Part shown: positions 19,088-28,608 of the stretch, piece after piece | Numbering within the stretch: the stretch's first letter is position 1 | Layout of the letters: each line of letters begins with the position of its first letter | Origin: Pseudomonadota bacterium | GTDB lineage: Bacteria; Pseudomonadota; Gammaproteobacteria; Pseudomonadales; JAHEIH01 | Direction of reading: 5' to 3' | NCBI GenBank assembly: GCA_041163785.1 | Contig: JBEAQQ010000206.1 | Coordinates: 1 to 39,181 of the forward strand | DNA length: 39,181 nucleotides | The notes under the pieces: model-generated | Told to the model about the DNA's origin: nothing | What the model saw: only the letters and a program-made list of their open reading frames with translations | Databases searched by the model: none | Position numbers and translations under genes: made by a program

Positions 19088-20422
19088 ATGTCTATGAAAT
19101 TAAAAACAACAGCGTTTACCTTAGTGGCAGCGACTGGCTTAAGTGCTTTTATGGCTGTAGCGCCGGTTGTTGGCAAGGCTTTCGGTGTTCAAGCGGGTGT
19201 GGCTTTTGCTCAAGAACAACAGCAAAAGAAACAGCAAGAAACTCGCAAGACCCCAGCGTTGCGCAACAAGGTCTATGAAAAACTGCAAGCCGTTCAACAG
19301 GCCGCAGAAGCGCAGGATATGAAGTTAGCAAAGCAGCTGCTTGATGACATGCGCAATGCCGGTGGTAAAAACGAGCTGAACAGCTACGAGTTGGCCAACA
19401 TGTGGAACATGTATGCCTACGTCTACTATTCAGAAGAGAATTACCCTAAAGCTATTGAGGCGTACAACAACCTGATTGCTCAGCCAGATATTCCTGTGCA
19501 GTTGGAAGTGAACACCAAGTACTCAATCGCCCAGTTGTACTTCGTTACCGAAGATTACAAAAACGCTGTGCGCATGCTGAAAGAGTGGTTCGCGGTAGCG
19601 GATAACCCCAACCCAGATGCTTACATGCTGTTGGCGCAAGGTTACTATCAGCTGAAGCAGTGGGACGATGCGATCAAGTCTGTTGAGACCGGTTTGGCGA
19701 AAAACGCTGAAAAGGGCAAGGATCCCAAAGAGCCTTGGTTGCTTCTGGCGCGTGTCCTGTACTTCGAAAAAGGCAATATCCCCGCTATGGTCAACGTACT
19801 TGAGACCTTGGTGAAACTCTACCCCAAAGGTGAGTATTGGATTCAGTTGTCGATGATGTACGGCGAACAGAAGAAAGACTTGCTGCAAATGGTGACCATG
19901 GAAACCGCTTACGTCCAAGGCATGTTGACGCGTGAGAGTGAGCTGCTGCAGATGGCAGGTTTGTATGCAGGTAATGATGTGCCTTACAAAGCCGCTCAGG
20001 TGATGGAAAAGGGTATCAAAGCCGGAATTATCAAAGAAACTTCGAAGAACATGGAGTACTTCGGTAACTTCTTGGCCTCTTCGCAGGAAATCAAAAAGTC
20101 AGTTGAGCCTCTCAAGAAAGCTGCTGAGCTTGCAAAAAAAGGTGATGCTGCTTCTCGACTAGCCAACGTTTATATCAGCTTGGACCGTTTTAAAGAAGCG
20201 GAAGAAGCGGCTAAGTTGGCCCTTAAAAAGGGTGACTTGCGCTCTGAAGAAAACACGCTGTTGGTATTGGGCCAAGCCCAGTTCTACCAGGAAAACTACT
20301 CAGAAGCCAAGAAAACCTTTAACAAGGCGCTGAAGTTCAAGAAGACCGAGAAGTTCGCTAAACAATGGATTCAGTACCTGAATTCAGAGTTGAAGCGTAT
20401 CGAGTCGCTTGAAAAAGACTAG
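19088..20422 (+). CDS. Periplasmic tetratricopeptide-repeat protein (TtpD-like last gene of TonB2-type systems)
   Basis: Signal peptide followed by multiple TPR-like helical pairs with W/Y/A spacing (for example YAYVYYSEENYPKAIEAY and LAQGYYQLKQWDDAIKS). Confidence 0.8.
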   Translation: MSMKLKTTAFTLVAATGLSAFMAVAPVVGKAFGVQAGVAFAQEQQQKKQQETRKTPALRNKVYEKLQAVQQAAEAQDMKLAKQLLDDMRNAGGKNELNSYELANMWNMYAYVYYSEENYPKAIEAYNNLIAQPDIPVQLEVNTKYSIAQLYFVTEDYKNAVRMLKEWFAVADNPNPDAYMLLAQGYYQLKQWDDAIKSVETGLAKNAEKGKDPKEPWLLLARVLYFEKGNIPAMVNVLETLVKLYPKGEYWIQLSMMYGEQKKDLLQMVTMETAYVQGMLTRESELLQMAGLYAGNDVPYKAAQVMEKGIKAGIIKETSKNMEYFGNFLASSQEIKKSVEPLKKAAELAKKGDAASRLANVYISLDRFKEAEEAAKLALKKGDLRSEENTLLVLGQAQFYQENYSEAKKTFNKALKFKKTEKFAKQWIQYLNSELKRIESLEKD

Positions 20423-20439
20423 GCAGTAACGTTGCCAAA

Positions 20440-20469
20440 CAAAAAGGCTCCCTAGGGAGCCTTTTTTTT
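20440..20469. terminator. Bidirectional rho-independent terminator
   Basis: AAAAAAGGCTCCCTAGGGAGCCTTTTTTTT is a GC palindrome flanked by an A-run and a T-run. It lies 18 nt after the TPR gene stop. Confidence 0.8.
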
Positions 20470-20520
20470 CGCCCGTGATGGACGTATTTACAATGTAAGA
20501 AAATATTTTGGGCATAGCCG

Positions 20521-20546
20521 TAAAAGACCTTCCTCGCAGAGGAAGG
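20521..20546 (-). terminator. Rho-independent terminator of ilvD
   Basis: On the plus strand, CCTTCCTC (20528-20535) pairs with GAGGAAGG (20539-20546). On the minus strand the hairpin is followed by TCTTTTA. It lies 19 nt downstream of the ilvD stop. Confidence 0.6.
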
Positions 20547-20565
20547 CAATTCACCATTAACTAGC

Positions 20566-22407
20566 TTATAGCTTGCTAATATCCCTAACCGCACCGGTGT
20601 CTGCACTGGTCACGAGCTTGGCGTAGGCTTTTAGCGCTGTAGACACTTTGCGAGGACGGGCTTTGACGGGTTGCCATGCGGCGTCGCCCTTGGCTTCCAT
20701 GGCGGCGCGGCGCGCCGCAAGCTCGGCATCACTCAACGCAACATTAATACTGCGGTTGGGGATGTCGATCTTGATGATATCGCCACTCTCAACCAGACCA
20801 ATGGCACCGCCAGCGGCGGCTTCGGGTGACGCGTGACCAATCGAAAGACCAGATGTACCGCCCGAAAAGCGACCGTCGGTCAGCAGAGCGCAAGCCTTGC
20901 CGAGGCCCTTAGACTTTAGGTACGACGTGGGGTAGAGCATTTCTTGCATACCGGGGCCACCTTTGGGGCCTTCGTAGCGCACAATCACAACCTCACCGGG
21001 CTTGACGCGGTCGTTGAGGATGTTGTCGACCGCTTCTTCCTGGCTTTCCACCACGTGGGCAGGGCCCTCAAAGACTAAGTTGTCCTCGTCAACGCCAGAG
21101 GTTTTCACCACGCAGCCATCGACGGCAATGTTGCCTGTCAGGACAGCGAGGCCGCCTTCAAGAGAGAACGCGTGATCGATCGAGCGAATACAGCCATTTT
21201 CACGGTCGGCATCTAGGCTGCTGTAACGCGTGCTTTGGCTAAAGGCGGTCTGGGTGGGAATGCCCGCCGGACCAGCCTTGTAGAACTCTTTCACCGCGTC
21301 GTGTTCGGTTTCCATGATGTCCCACAATTGCAGCGCTGCGCCCATGGTCGAGCTGTGGACCGTCGGTACGTCGACGTGGAGTAGGCCAGCGCGGGCGAGC
21401 TCGGCCAAAATACCCATCACGCCGCCGGCGCGGTGTACATCTTCCATGTGGTATTTCTGCGTGTTGGGCGCCACCTTACACAGCTGGGGCACTTCGCGGG
21501 ACAAACGATCGATGTCGGCCATGGTGAAGGGTACTTCGCCCTCTTGCGCGGCGGCCAACAGGTGCAAAATGGTGTTGGTAGAGCCGCCCATTGCGATATC
21601 TAGCATCATGGCGTTTTCGAAGGCTTTGAAACTAGCGACCATGCGTGGCAACACTTTGGCATTGTTGTTCTCGTAGAAATCCTTGGTGATTTCTACGATA
21701 CGCGCGCCGGCTTCTAGGAACAGTTTCTCGCGGTCGGCGTGGGTCGCCAACATCGAGCCGTTGCCGGGCAGTGACAGGCCCAGCGCTTCGGTCAAACAGT
21801 TCATCGAGTTGGCGGTAAACATACCCGAACAGCTGCCACAGGTGGGGCAGGCTGAGCGCTCGTATTCTTCCACCAATTCATCGCTGGCGTTGCTGTCCGC
21901 GGCGATCACCATGGCGTCGACGAGGTCTAAACCGTGGTCGGCTAACTTAGTTTTACCGGCCTCCATCGGGCCGCCAGACACGAAGATCACGGGGATGTTC
22001 AAACGCAGCGCTGCCATCAACATGCCGGGGGTGATCTTGTCGCAGTTAGAGATGCACACCAGGGCGTCAGCACAGTGGGCGTTAACCATATACTCCACCG
22101 AGTCGGCAATAATGTCGCGCGAGGGTAGGCTGTAGAGCATGCCGTCATGGCCCATGGCGATACCGTCGTCGACGGCGATAGTGTTAAATTCTTTTGCAAC
22201 ACCACCGTGCTTTTCGATTTCACGCGCCACGAGTTGGCCCATGTCTTTCAGGTGAACGTGGCCAGGCACGAACTGGGTGAAAGAGTTGGCAACGGCGATG
22301 ATGGGTTTGGAAAAGTCATCGTCTTTCATGCCGGTGGCGCGCCAAAGGGCGCGAGCACCTGCCATGTTGCGGCCGGCGGTAGACGTATGCGAGCGATATT
22401 GAGGCAT
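20566..22407 (-). CDS. ilvD: Dihydroxy-acid dehydratase
   Basis: 613 aa. [27 protein letters not shown]-terminus, [12 protein letters not shown], Fe-S cluster cysteines and [21 protein letters not shown]. Confidence 0.97.
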   Translation of the reverse strand: MPQYRSHTSTAGRNMAGARALWRATGMKDDDFSKPIIAVANSFTQFVPGHVHLKDMGQLVAREIEKHGGVAKEFNTIAVDDGIAMGHDGMLYSLPSRDIIADSVEYMVNAHCADALVCISNCDKITPGMLMAALRLNIPVIFVSGGPMEAGKTKLADHGLDLVDAMVIAADSNASDELVEEYERSACPTCGSCSGMFTANSMNCLTEALGLSLPGNGSMLATHADREKLFLEAGARIVEITKDFYENNNAKVLPRMVASFKAFENAMMLDIAMGGSTNTILHLLAAAQEGEVPFTMADIDRLSREVPQLCKVAPNTQKYHMEDVHRAGGVMGILAELARAGLLHVDVPTVHSSTMGAALQLWDIMETEHDAVKEFYKAGPAGIPTQTAFSQSTRYSSLDADRENGCIRSIDHAFSLEGGLAVLTGNIAVDGCVVKTSGVDEDNLVFEGPAHVVESQEEAVDNILNDRVKPGEVVIVRYEGPKGGPGMQEMLYPTSYLKSKGLGKACALLTDGRFSGGTSGLSIGHASPEAAAGGAIGLVESGDIIKIDIPNRSINVALSDAELAARRAAMEAKGDAAWQPVKARPRKVSTALKAYAKLVTSADTGAVRDISKL

Positions 22408-22421
22408 GGGGTATCTCTAAA

Positions 22422-23729
22422 TTAAAGGTGTTTTACAAAAGCTTTTGAATTGCGCTGATAATTATACAGGGCCTGCTTCTGCTGGGGTAGGTTAACGAGA
22501 TCTTCGGCATTAAAGCCGCGCTCTTGGAACCAGTGCGCGGTGCGCGTGGTTAGTACAAACAAGCGGCTGAAGCCCTCCCGTTTGGCGAGTGCCTCAATGT
22601 GGTCGAGCAGGCGTTCGCCACGGCTGTTCTCGCGGTAGTCAGGATGCACAGTGATGCAGGCAAGCTCCGCTTGCTCGGTGCTGTCGTAGCTATACAGTGC
22701 GGCACAGCCGACGATGAGGCCGTCGAGCTCGATAACAAAAAATTTATTGATGTCGTTCTCTAGCAATTCGCGCGAGCGTTTTACGAGCACGCCCTGATCT
22801 TCAAGCGGCTGCAGCAGCGCTAAGATGCCGGCGATATCATCGAGCTTGGCGGGGCGAAGGGTCTCATAGGGGTCCTGTGACACTAGCGTGCCGCAACCCT
22901 CGCGGGTAAACAACTCGCGCAACAGGGCGCCGTCATCGCTGTAGCTAATGATGTGGCTGCGTGGCACACCCGCTTCACAGGCGCCCACCACGGCGTGGCG
23001 CAGGCGCTGCTCGGCAATGAAGGATTTTGCCTGCGCGAGGTTACACTGCCGCACCAGGTTGCCCTCTTCGTCGTGCAGACCGTCTTGGCTCGACAGCACG
23101 ATGAGCTTGTCAGCTTTTAAGGCCACAGCCGTACTGACCGCCAAGTCTTCCAAGTGCAGGTTGAATACTTCACCGGTGCCGGAATAGCCGATGGGTGAAA
23201 GCAGGACAATACTGCCGTCGTCGAGCAATTGTTTGATACTGTCGCCGTGAACTTTGCGCACTTCGCCTGTGCGCTCGTGGTCGACGCCGTCGATGACGCC
23301 GATGGGTTTGGCCACGACAAAGTTGCCGCCACAGACCTTGAGGCGTGCACCGTGCATGGGTGAATTGGCGATACCCATGGAAAACATCGCTTCAATGTCG
23401 GCGCGGATACTGCCCACGGCGTCTTTGACCGCTTGGATGACACCATCGTCAGAAAGGCGCACATTTTTGTGGAAGCGTGAGGTGACGCCCCGCAGGGCCA
23501 AGCGCTCTTCAATCTGCGGGCGCGCGCCGTGAATCAGCGCGATTCGCACGCCAAGGCTCTGTAGCAGGACGATGTCGTGCACAATATTGGCAAAGTTGGG
23601 GTCGTGCAGTGCGTCGCCACCAAACACCACAACAAAGGTTTTCCCCTTGTGATTATTGATGTAGGGCGCGGCGTTGCGGAACCATTTAACGTAGGATAAT
23701 TCTGCGCTCACAGGCGTCATACCTTTCAT
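22422..23729 (-). CDS. argA: Amino-acid N-acetyltransferase (N-acetylglutamate synthase)
   Basis: 435 aa. Amino-acid-kinase fold N-domain (FRNAAPYINNHKGKTFVVVFGG, GARPQI) plus a GNAT C-domain (VHPDYRENSRGERLL, HWFQERGF). Collinear with my recollection of E. coli ArgA. An alternative start lies at 23720. Confidence 0.95.
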   Translation of the reverse strand: MKGMTPVSAELSYVKWFRNAAPYINNHKGKTFVVVFGGDALHDPNFANIVHDIVLLQSLGVRIALIHGARPQIEERLALRGVTSRFHKNVRLSDDGVIQAVKDAVGSIRADIEAMFSMGIANSPMHGARLKVCGGNFVVAKPIGVIDGVDHERTGEVRKVHGDSIKQLLDDGSIVLLSPIGYSGTGEVFNLHLEDLAVSTAVALKADKLIVLSSQDGLHDEEGNLVRQCNLAQAKSFIAEQRLRHAVVGACEAGVPRSHIISYSDDGALLRELFTREGCGTLVSQDPYETLRPAKLDDIAGILALLQPLEDQGVLVKRSRELLENDINKFFVIELDGLIVGCAALYSYDSTEQAELACITVHPDYRENSRGERLLDHIEALAKREGFSRLFVLTTRTAHWFQERGFNAEDLVNLPQQKQALYNYQRNSKAFVKHL

Positions 23730-23838
23730 TTATTAGCTAAAAAGTTAATATATGACAATTAGCTAGCAATGCCTACCACCGACGTGGCTATTTTCGGGCG
23801 TTTCAGCAACAAAACCATAACAATGAGCGAGATAACCC

Positions 23839-24804
23839 ATGAGCGAATCACGCGCCGCCCTCCAGCGACTGCTGCAAGACTTAGAAAACGACATCATAGG
23901 CCAGCCAGAAACCTTGCAAGGCATCCTCATCGCCTTGCTGTGTGGCGGCAATGTCTTGCTTGAGGGCTTGCCCGGTACGGCCAAAACCCGCATGGCGACG
24001 CAGCTTGCTCAACGTATCAGCGCCAGTTTCGGGCGCGTGCAGTTTACGCCAGACCTGCTGCCTTCCGATATCACAGGCACCGAGGTGCTCGTAGGCAAGG
24101 CTCAACACCAGCAGCTGGAGTTTGAACCCGGCCCTTTATTCCACAATATTGTTCTCGCCGATGAAATCAATCGCGCGCCTGCCAAGGTACAGTCTGCGCT
24201 GCTTGAGGCCATGCAAGAACAACAGGTCACCGTCGCCGGTACTAGCTATCCACTACCGCGACCGTTCATGGTGTTGGCGACGCAAAACCCTATCGAGCAA
24301 GAGGGCACCTACCCACTACCCGAGGCACAGATCGACCGATTTATGCTCAAATTGTTGGTCGAACGCCCCAACGCGAACCAAGAGTTGGCCATTTTGAAGA
24401 TGATAAGCCAGCCCAGTGCTGCACTGAATCACGACGGCGCCATTGATTTGGCGACGCTTCAAGCAGCAAGCGCCGAGATTGCACAGGTGACCGTGGTTGA
24501 GAACATTCAGCAGTATATCGTGGCCTTGGTCATGGGGACGCGAGAACCGCAGCACTATCCGGCGAGCCGGCTCCCCGAGTGGATTGCCGTTGGCGCGAGC
24601 ACCCGTGCCACCTTGGCCTTAGAGCACGCTGCGCGCGCCCACGCCTGGTTGGCGGGGAGAGATTATGTCGATCCCGACGATGTCCGCGCCATGCTGCACC
24701 CTGTACTTCGCCATCGCATCAGTTTGAGCTATGAAGCCATGGCCAAGGGAATCACGAGCGATGATGTGATCATTGAATTGGCGACCCAGGTGGCGCTTGT
24801 TTGA
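23839..24804 (+). CDS. MoxR-family AAA+ ATPase
   Basis: Walker A GLPGTAKT and Walker B VLADEINRAP, plus QNPIEQEGTYPLPEAQIDRF, the typical MoxR/RavA-like signature. Confidence 0.93.
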   Translation: MSESRAALQRLLQDLENDIIGQPETLQGILIALLCGGNVLLEGLPGTAKTRMATQLAQRISASFGRVQFTPDLLPSDITGTEVLVGKAQHQQLEFEPGPLFHNIVLADEINRAPAKVQSALLEAMQEQQVTVAGTSYPLPRPFMVLATQNPIEQEGTYPLPEAQIDRFMLKLLVERPNANQELAILKMISQPSAALNHDGAIDLATLQAASAEIAQVTVVENIQQYIVALVMGTREPQHYPASRLPEWIAVGASTRATLALEHAARAHAWLAGRDYVDPDDVRAMLHPVLRHRISLSYEAMAKGITSDDVIIELATQVALV

Positions 24805-25709
24805 TGCCTGGGCACGCCCATGTCGCCATGGAGGACTTGCTAGCGATTCGTGCGCGCTTAAATGTGTGGCGGCACTTGCCGCGCACCAATCTGTTTGAGC
24901 ATTTTGCCGGGCAGCAGGCCTCTAAGCATCGCGGTCGCGGACTCGACTTTGAAGAGTTGCGTCACTATCGGCAGGGTGATGACGTCAGGCGTATCGATTG
25001 GCGAGTCAGCCAGCGCAGTGGTGCGCCGCATATCCGGGTATACAGCGAAGAAAGTGATAGAGCCACCACCGTGCTTCTCGATCAGCGCATGGGAATGTTC
25101 TTTGGCAGCCAGTACGATACCAAATCGGCGGCGGCGGCCAAGATGACCGCTTTGATTGGTTGGCGCGATATCCACTGCGGTGACCGCTTTGGGCTGTGTG
25201 TTTTTAATGAAGATGACAGGGTGTGGTTAAAGCCTTCGCGGCAGCAATCGAAATTATTGCAGTGCATGCATGCGATGGTGGATTTTAACCAACGCCTGCG
25301 GGCGGATAAATCGGTGGCGCAAGCGAGGCCACTGCGCGATCAGTTGCGCCTTGCGCTCGGTGCTGGCGTGGCGGATCAACGCCTCATTCTTATCAGTGAT
25401 CTCGCCGGGTGGTGTGAGGACTGCCCTGGGTTATTGCAGTTGTTACAGCAACACCACGATGTCTTGGTGGTGTTGGTATACGACCCGCTGGAGCGCGATA
25501 TAAGCCGCGCAAAAAACAGTGTGTTTGGCAACGAGGTATTCCAGTTGCATATCGATGAGGCGCTGTTGCAGCGCCCCATGGAAGACCCCTATGCGGCACA
25601 TATCGAACAGCTAGACGCGCTAGGCATTCCGTGTGTTCCTCTCGACGCTAGTCGCGATGCCATCGACGACGTGTTGCGTTACTTTTCGAGGTTACACCTT
25701 GGCCGCTAA
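24804..25709 (+). CDS. DUF58 domain protein (MoxR partner)
   Basis: GLDFEELRHYRQGDDVRRIDWRVSQRS motif typical of DUF58. The TGATG overlap with the moxR stop favours the ATG at 24804; a TTG at 24801 is also possible. Confidence 0.88.
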   Translation: MPGHAHVAMEDLLAIRARLNVWRHLPRTNLFEHFAGQQASKHRGRGLDFEELRHYRQGDDVRRIDWRVSQRSGAPHIRVYSEESDRATTVLLDQRMGMFFGSQYDTKSAAAAKMTALIGWRDIHCGDRFGLCVFNEDDRVWLKPSRQQSKLLQCMHAMVDFNQRLRADKSVAQARPLRDQLRLALGAGVADQRLILISDLAGWCEDCPGLLQLLQQHHDVLVVLVYDPLERDISRAKNSVFGNEVFQLHIDEALLQRPMEDPYAAHIEQLDALGIPCVPLDASRDAIDDVLRYFSRLHLGR

Positions 25710-25719
25710 CGCATGGATT

Positions 25720-26172
25720 GTGGATCCCCCCTTGCCGACACTGCCCAGCTGGGGTTGGCCGCTGCCGATCTGGTGGGTGCTGCTGTTGGCGCTGTTAGTC
25801 GGTGCCCTCTGGTGGACGCAGCGGCAGCGGCGAATGGCGCAGTACCGCCAGCCCTGGATGGCGCTTTACGCGGCGGTGCTAACGGCCGCGCAACAGCCCG
25901 ATCAGCATGCGGCACTCGAGGTCGCTGAACACCTCAAGCGCGTTCATTTAGCCTATGGGAAGCGCGCCGACGTGGCGGGCGTGCGGGTGGGTGCGTCGTT
26001 TAGTAGGCTTTGCCATCACCTCGATATATCGCCCTGCGAGGCCACACAGCGTTGGCTCGAAGCGGCGTGTTACCGCGGCGTGAGTGAGATCCCGTCGGGC
26101 CTGCAGGACGAATTAAACCGTTTAGCCACCACACTCTATCGGCGGCGCCACGCGGGGTTCGAGCATGCTTGA
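25720..26172 (+). CDS. DUF4381-like single-pass membrane protein
   Basis: PPLPTLPSWGWPLPIWWVLLLALLVGALWW matches the N-terminal proline-rich segment, WP motif and TM helix seen in DUF4381 genes of MoxR/Bat operons. No ATG is compatible without a 53-nt or longer overlap. The GTG at 25720 lies 11 nt after the DUF58 stop, so the start is uncertain. Confidence 0.65.
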   Translation: MDPPLPTLPSWGWPLPIWWVLLLALLVGALWWTQRQRRMAQYRQPWMALYAAVLTAAQQPDQHAALEVAEHLKRVHLAYGKRADVAGVRVGASFSRLCHHLDISPCEATQRWLEAACYRGVSEIPSGLQDELNRLATTLYRRRHAGFEHA

Positions 26173-27124
26173 GTTTGCCTTCCCCTGGGTGTTTGCTTTG
26201 CTGCCGTTACCCTTGCTGGTGCGTTGGATCAAGCCTTACCGTCGCTACGTGCCCCACGTGCGAGCGCCGATCTATGATCAATTGGCGAAAGCCCCCGACC
26301 ACCGACCGCGCACGGCGGCATGGGTGCATCGGCGCACCCCTTTTCAGGCGGGTCTGCTGGGGTTGACGTGGTGCCTAATGCTGTTCGTGCTGGCTAAACC
26401 GCTGTGGTTAGACACCCCGCTAGCCATCGAGCAGTCGCGTCGCGATGTGTTGGTGTTGATCGATATTTCAGGCTCGATGGGCGAGACCGATGAGGGCGGA
26501 ATAACGCGCTTGGCACGCTTAAAAGATGCCTTAAACGACTTTTCAACTCGGCGTGGCAGTGACCGCTTGGGTCTGATTGTGTTTGCTGACAAACCCTACC
26601 TTCAGGCTCCGATGACGGCAGACGCCGAGGCATGGCGAACGCTGTTGGCGGCGACCCGGCTTGGTCCCGCAGGTCGCAATACCGCCATCGGCGATGCCAT
26701 GGGCTTGGGTTTAAAACATCTCGCCGACACCCAAGCCGAGGAGAAAGTCTTGTTGCTGGTGACCGATGGCAGTGACAACCGCAGCTTGGTTCCGCCAAGG
26801 GAGGCGGCACTGGTGGCGTCGCAACGCGGTGTAAGAGTATTTACCGTGGCTATTGGGGATGACAGCGCCACCTCGGAGGTGGATGTCGAGACCTTGCGCG
26901 CGATAGCCGACCTGACCCGTGGTGAATTTTATGATGCCCGCCAAGCTTCTGCGATGGCTTCGCTGAGTGATGATTTTGCGGCGGCGGTGCCCGTCGAAGA
27001 GCATGTCGAGTGGTACTACCCAAGTCGAGATTTATACGCCTACCCTTTGCTACTCATCTATGGGGTGACGCTGGCGACAGCATTGTTTAGCCTGTTCCGG
27101 CAGCGACGGGAGGGGCGTCTATGA
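26165..27124 (+). CDS. VWA-domain membrane protein, BatA-like
   Basis: Two N-terminal TM segments, a MIDAS motif DISGSM and a C-terminal TM segment. 8-nt overlap with the upstream gene. Confidence 0.88.
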   Translation: MLEFAFPWVFALLPLPLLVRWIKPYRRYVPHVRAPIYDQLAKAPDHRPRTAAWVHRRTPFQAGLLGLTWCLMLFVLAKPLWLDTPLAIEQSRRDVLVLIDISGSMGETDEGGITRLARLKDALNDFSTRRGSDRLGLIVFADKPYLQAPMTADAEAWRTLLAATRLGPAGRNTAIGDAMGLGLKHLADTQAEEKVLLLVTDGSDNRSLVPPREAALVASQRGVRVFTVAIGDDSATSEVDVETLRAIADLTRGEFYDARQASAMASLSDDFAAAVPVEEHVEWYYPSRDLYAYPLLLIYGVTLATALFSLFRQRREGRL

Positions 27125-28608
27125 GCTGGTTGCCGTTGGCCTTTGTGCGCCCAATGTGGCTATTGTTTTGCATACCGCCATTGATCGCGCTTTGGTATTA
27201 CGCTCGTCTACCCGACAAGCGTGCCCAGGCGCCAGCCATCGTCGAACATCTGCGCGAAGCGTTGACGGTGCGCCGCGCCAGTGGCCGCTGGTTGGCGCCC
27301 TTGCCCTTGGCGATGATCGCCTTGTTTGTGACCGGAATCGCCCTATCTGGCCCCAGTTGGCAAAAACAAGACACCCCGTTAAAACAAGATGAAGGCGTCA
27401 TTATTCTCGCGCTAGACGCCAGTGTCAGTATGCATCAATCCAGCGCGAGTCTGTCGTATTGGGAGCATGGCCTGCTTAAGAGCCGTGATCTACTGGCCGC
27501 CCTACCCGCCGTCAAGGTGGGTGTGATCGCCTTCGCGGGCAGTGCCCACTGGGTATTGCCACCGAGTCGGGACAAGGCTCTGCTCGATTACACCCTGGCC
27601 GGGTTGACGCGATTACAGATGCCCATTGAGGGCAAGTATTGGCAACGTATTGAGGGGCCGATTGAGCAGTTATCGCTCCCCGTCGCGAGTGTGATCGTAT
27701 TGAGTGATCGCTTAACGACGAGCGACAATTCTTTGCCATGGCAAATACATTGGTGGCGCGCAGGTGCTCACCATGACGCGGTTGACGGAATTAGCGGCGT
27801 GAATCTCAGCGTCGACGATAGCGATATCAAACAATTGCAGCAGTGGGTGCAGCGGGATTTGGCAAAGGCGGCGGGTCAGGGCGAACAATGGCGTGACGAT
27901 GGCTACTACTTTGTGTTGCCGATGGCCTTGCTTGTGTTGTTGTGGTTCCGCCGCGGTTGGAGCATGGCGTGGAGTATTTTACTGGTCAGCCAATGGGCGC
28001 TCTACAGCCCGCCTTCATCGGCTAGTGACGGCGCCGAGGTCATGGGATGGTTTTTTAGCGGCGACCAACGCGGGCGCTACTATGCCGAGCAAGGCGACTA
28101 CCAGGGCGCAGCGCAGTCCTTTGAAGACCCGCTTTGGCGCGGCCTCAGTTACTACCACAGTGGTCAATATAGCGAGGCGGTGGAAGCGTTGCTGCCCCTA
28201 GATACACCCTACGCACGCCTGATGCTGGCGAATGCTTTGGCGCAGCAAAATCAATTGCCGCGTGCGCTCGCCATCCTTTACAGCTTTGATGGTGCTCATC
28301 CCTACGCGGATGTGATTGCGCAAAATATCGCGGTCATTGAGCAGCGCCTTGCCGATCAGCGAGAGATGGCGGCGTCGCAGCAGACCGACATGGATGAACA
28401 GGCTGAGTTGGAGGCGGTGGCGAGTGATGAAGAGGTCGATGAGACGCTGCTGATCGACAGCGCTCCCAATGAGGTGTTGTCTGGCCGAGATATTATTGAG
28501 CAAGAGGCTTTGGCCGAGCGTTGGATGGCGCACATCAACACGGCGGTCGGCGATTATTTAACGGCGGTATTTGCCCTGCAAGCCGTGGATGGGTCAAGCG
28601 ATGAATAG
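27121..28608 (+). CDS. VWA-domain plus TPR membrane protein, BatB-like
   Basis: N-terminal TM segments, a MIDAS motif DASVSM, a central TM segment, TPR-like repeats (YYAEQGDYQGAAQSF, YYHSGQYSEAVEAL) and an acidic tail. ATGA overlap with the batA-like gene. Confidence 0.85.
   Translation: MSWLPLAFVRPMWLLFCIPPLIALWYYARLPDKRAQAPAIVEHLREALTVRRASGRWLAPLPLAMIALFVTGIALSGPSWQKQDTPLKQDEGVIILALDASVSMHQSSASLSYWEHGLLKSRDLLAALPAVKVGVIAFAGSAHWVLPPSRDKALLDYTLAGLTRLQMPIEGKYWQRIEGPIEQLSLPVASVIVLSDRLTTSDNSLPWQIHWWRAGAHHDAVDGISGVNLSVDDSDIKQLQQWVQRDLAKAAGQGEQWRDDGYYFVLPMALLVLLWFRRGWSMAWSILLVSQWALYSPPSSASDGAEVMGWFFSGDQRGRYYAEQGDYQGAAQSFEDPLWRGLSYYHSGQYSEAVEALLPLDTPYARLMLANALAQQNQLPRALAILYSFDGAHPYADVIAQNIAVIEQRLADQREMAASQQTDMDEQAELEAVASDEEVDETLLIDSAPNEVLSGRDIIEQEALAERWMAHINTAVGDYLTAVFALQAVDGSSDE

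Noticed and set aside
23769-23963. 64-aa ORF overlapping the moxR start (MPTTDV...)
   Set aside because: It is out of frame with moxR and has an Arg/His/Pro-rich low-complexity product and no RBS. The duplicated ATGAGCGA at 23824 and 23839 is probably coincidental.
25713-25928. 71-aa ATG-initiated ORF as an alternative reading of the DUF4381 region
   Set aside because: Its translation is Ala/Gly-rich and lacks a TM helix. The other frame gives the characteristic proline-rich segment, WP motif and TM architecture and continues to overlap the batA-like start.
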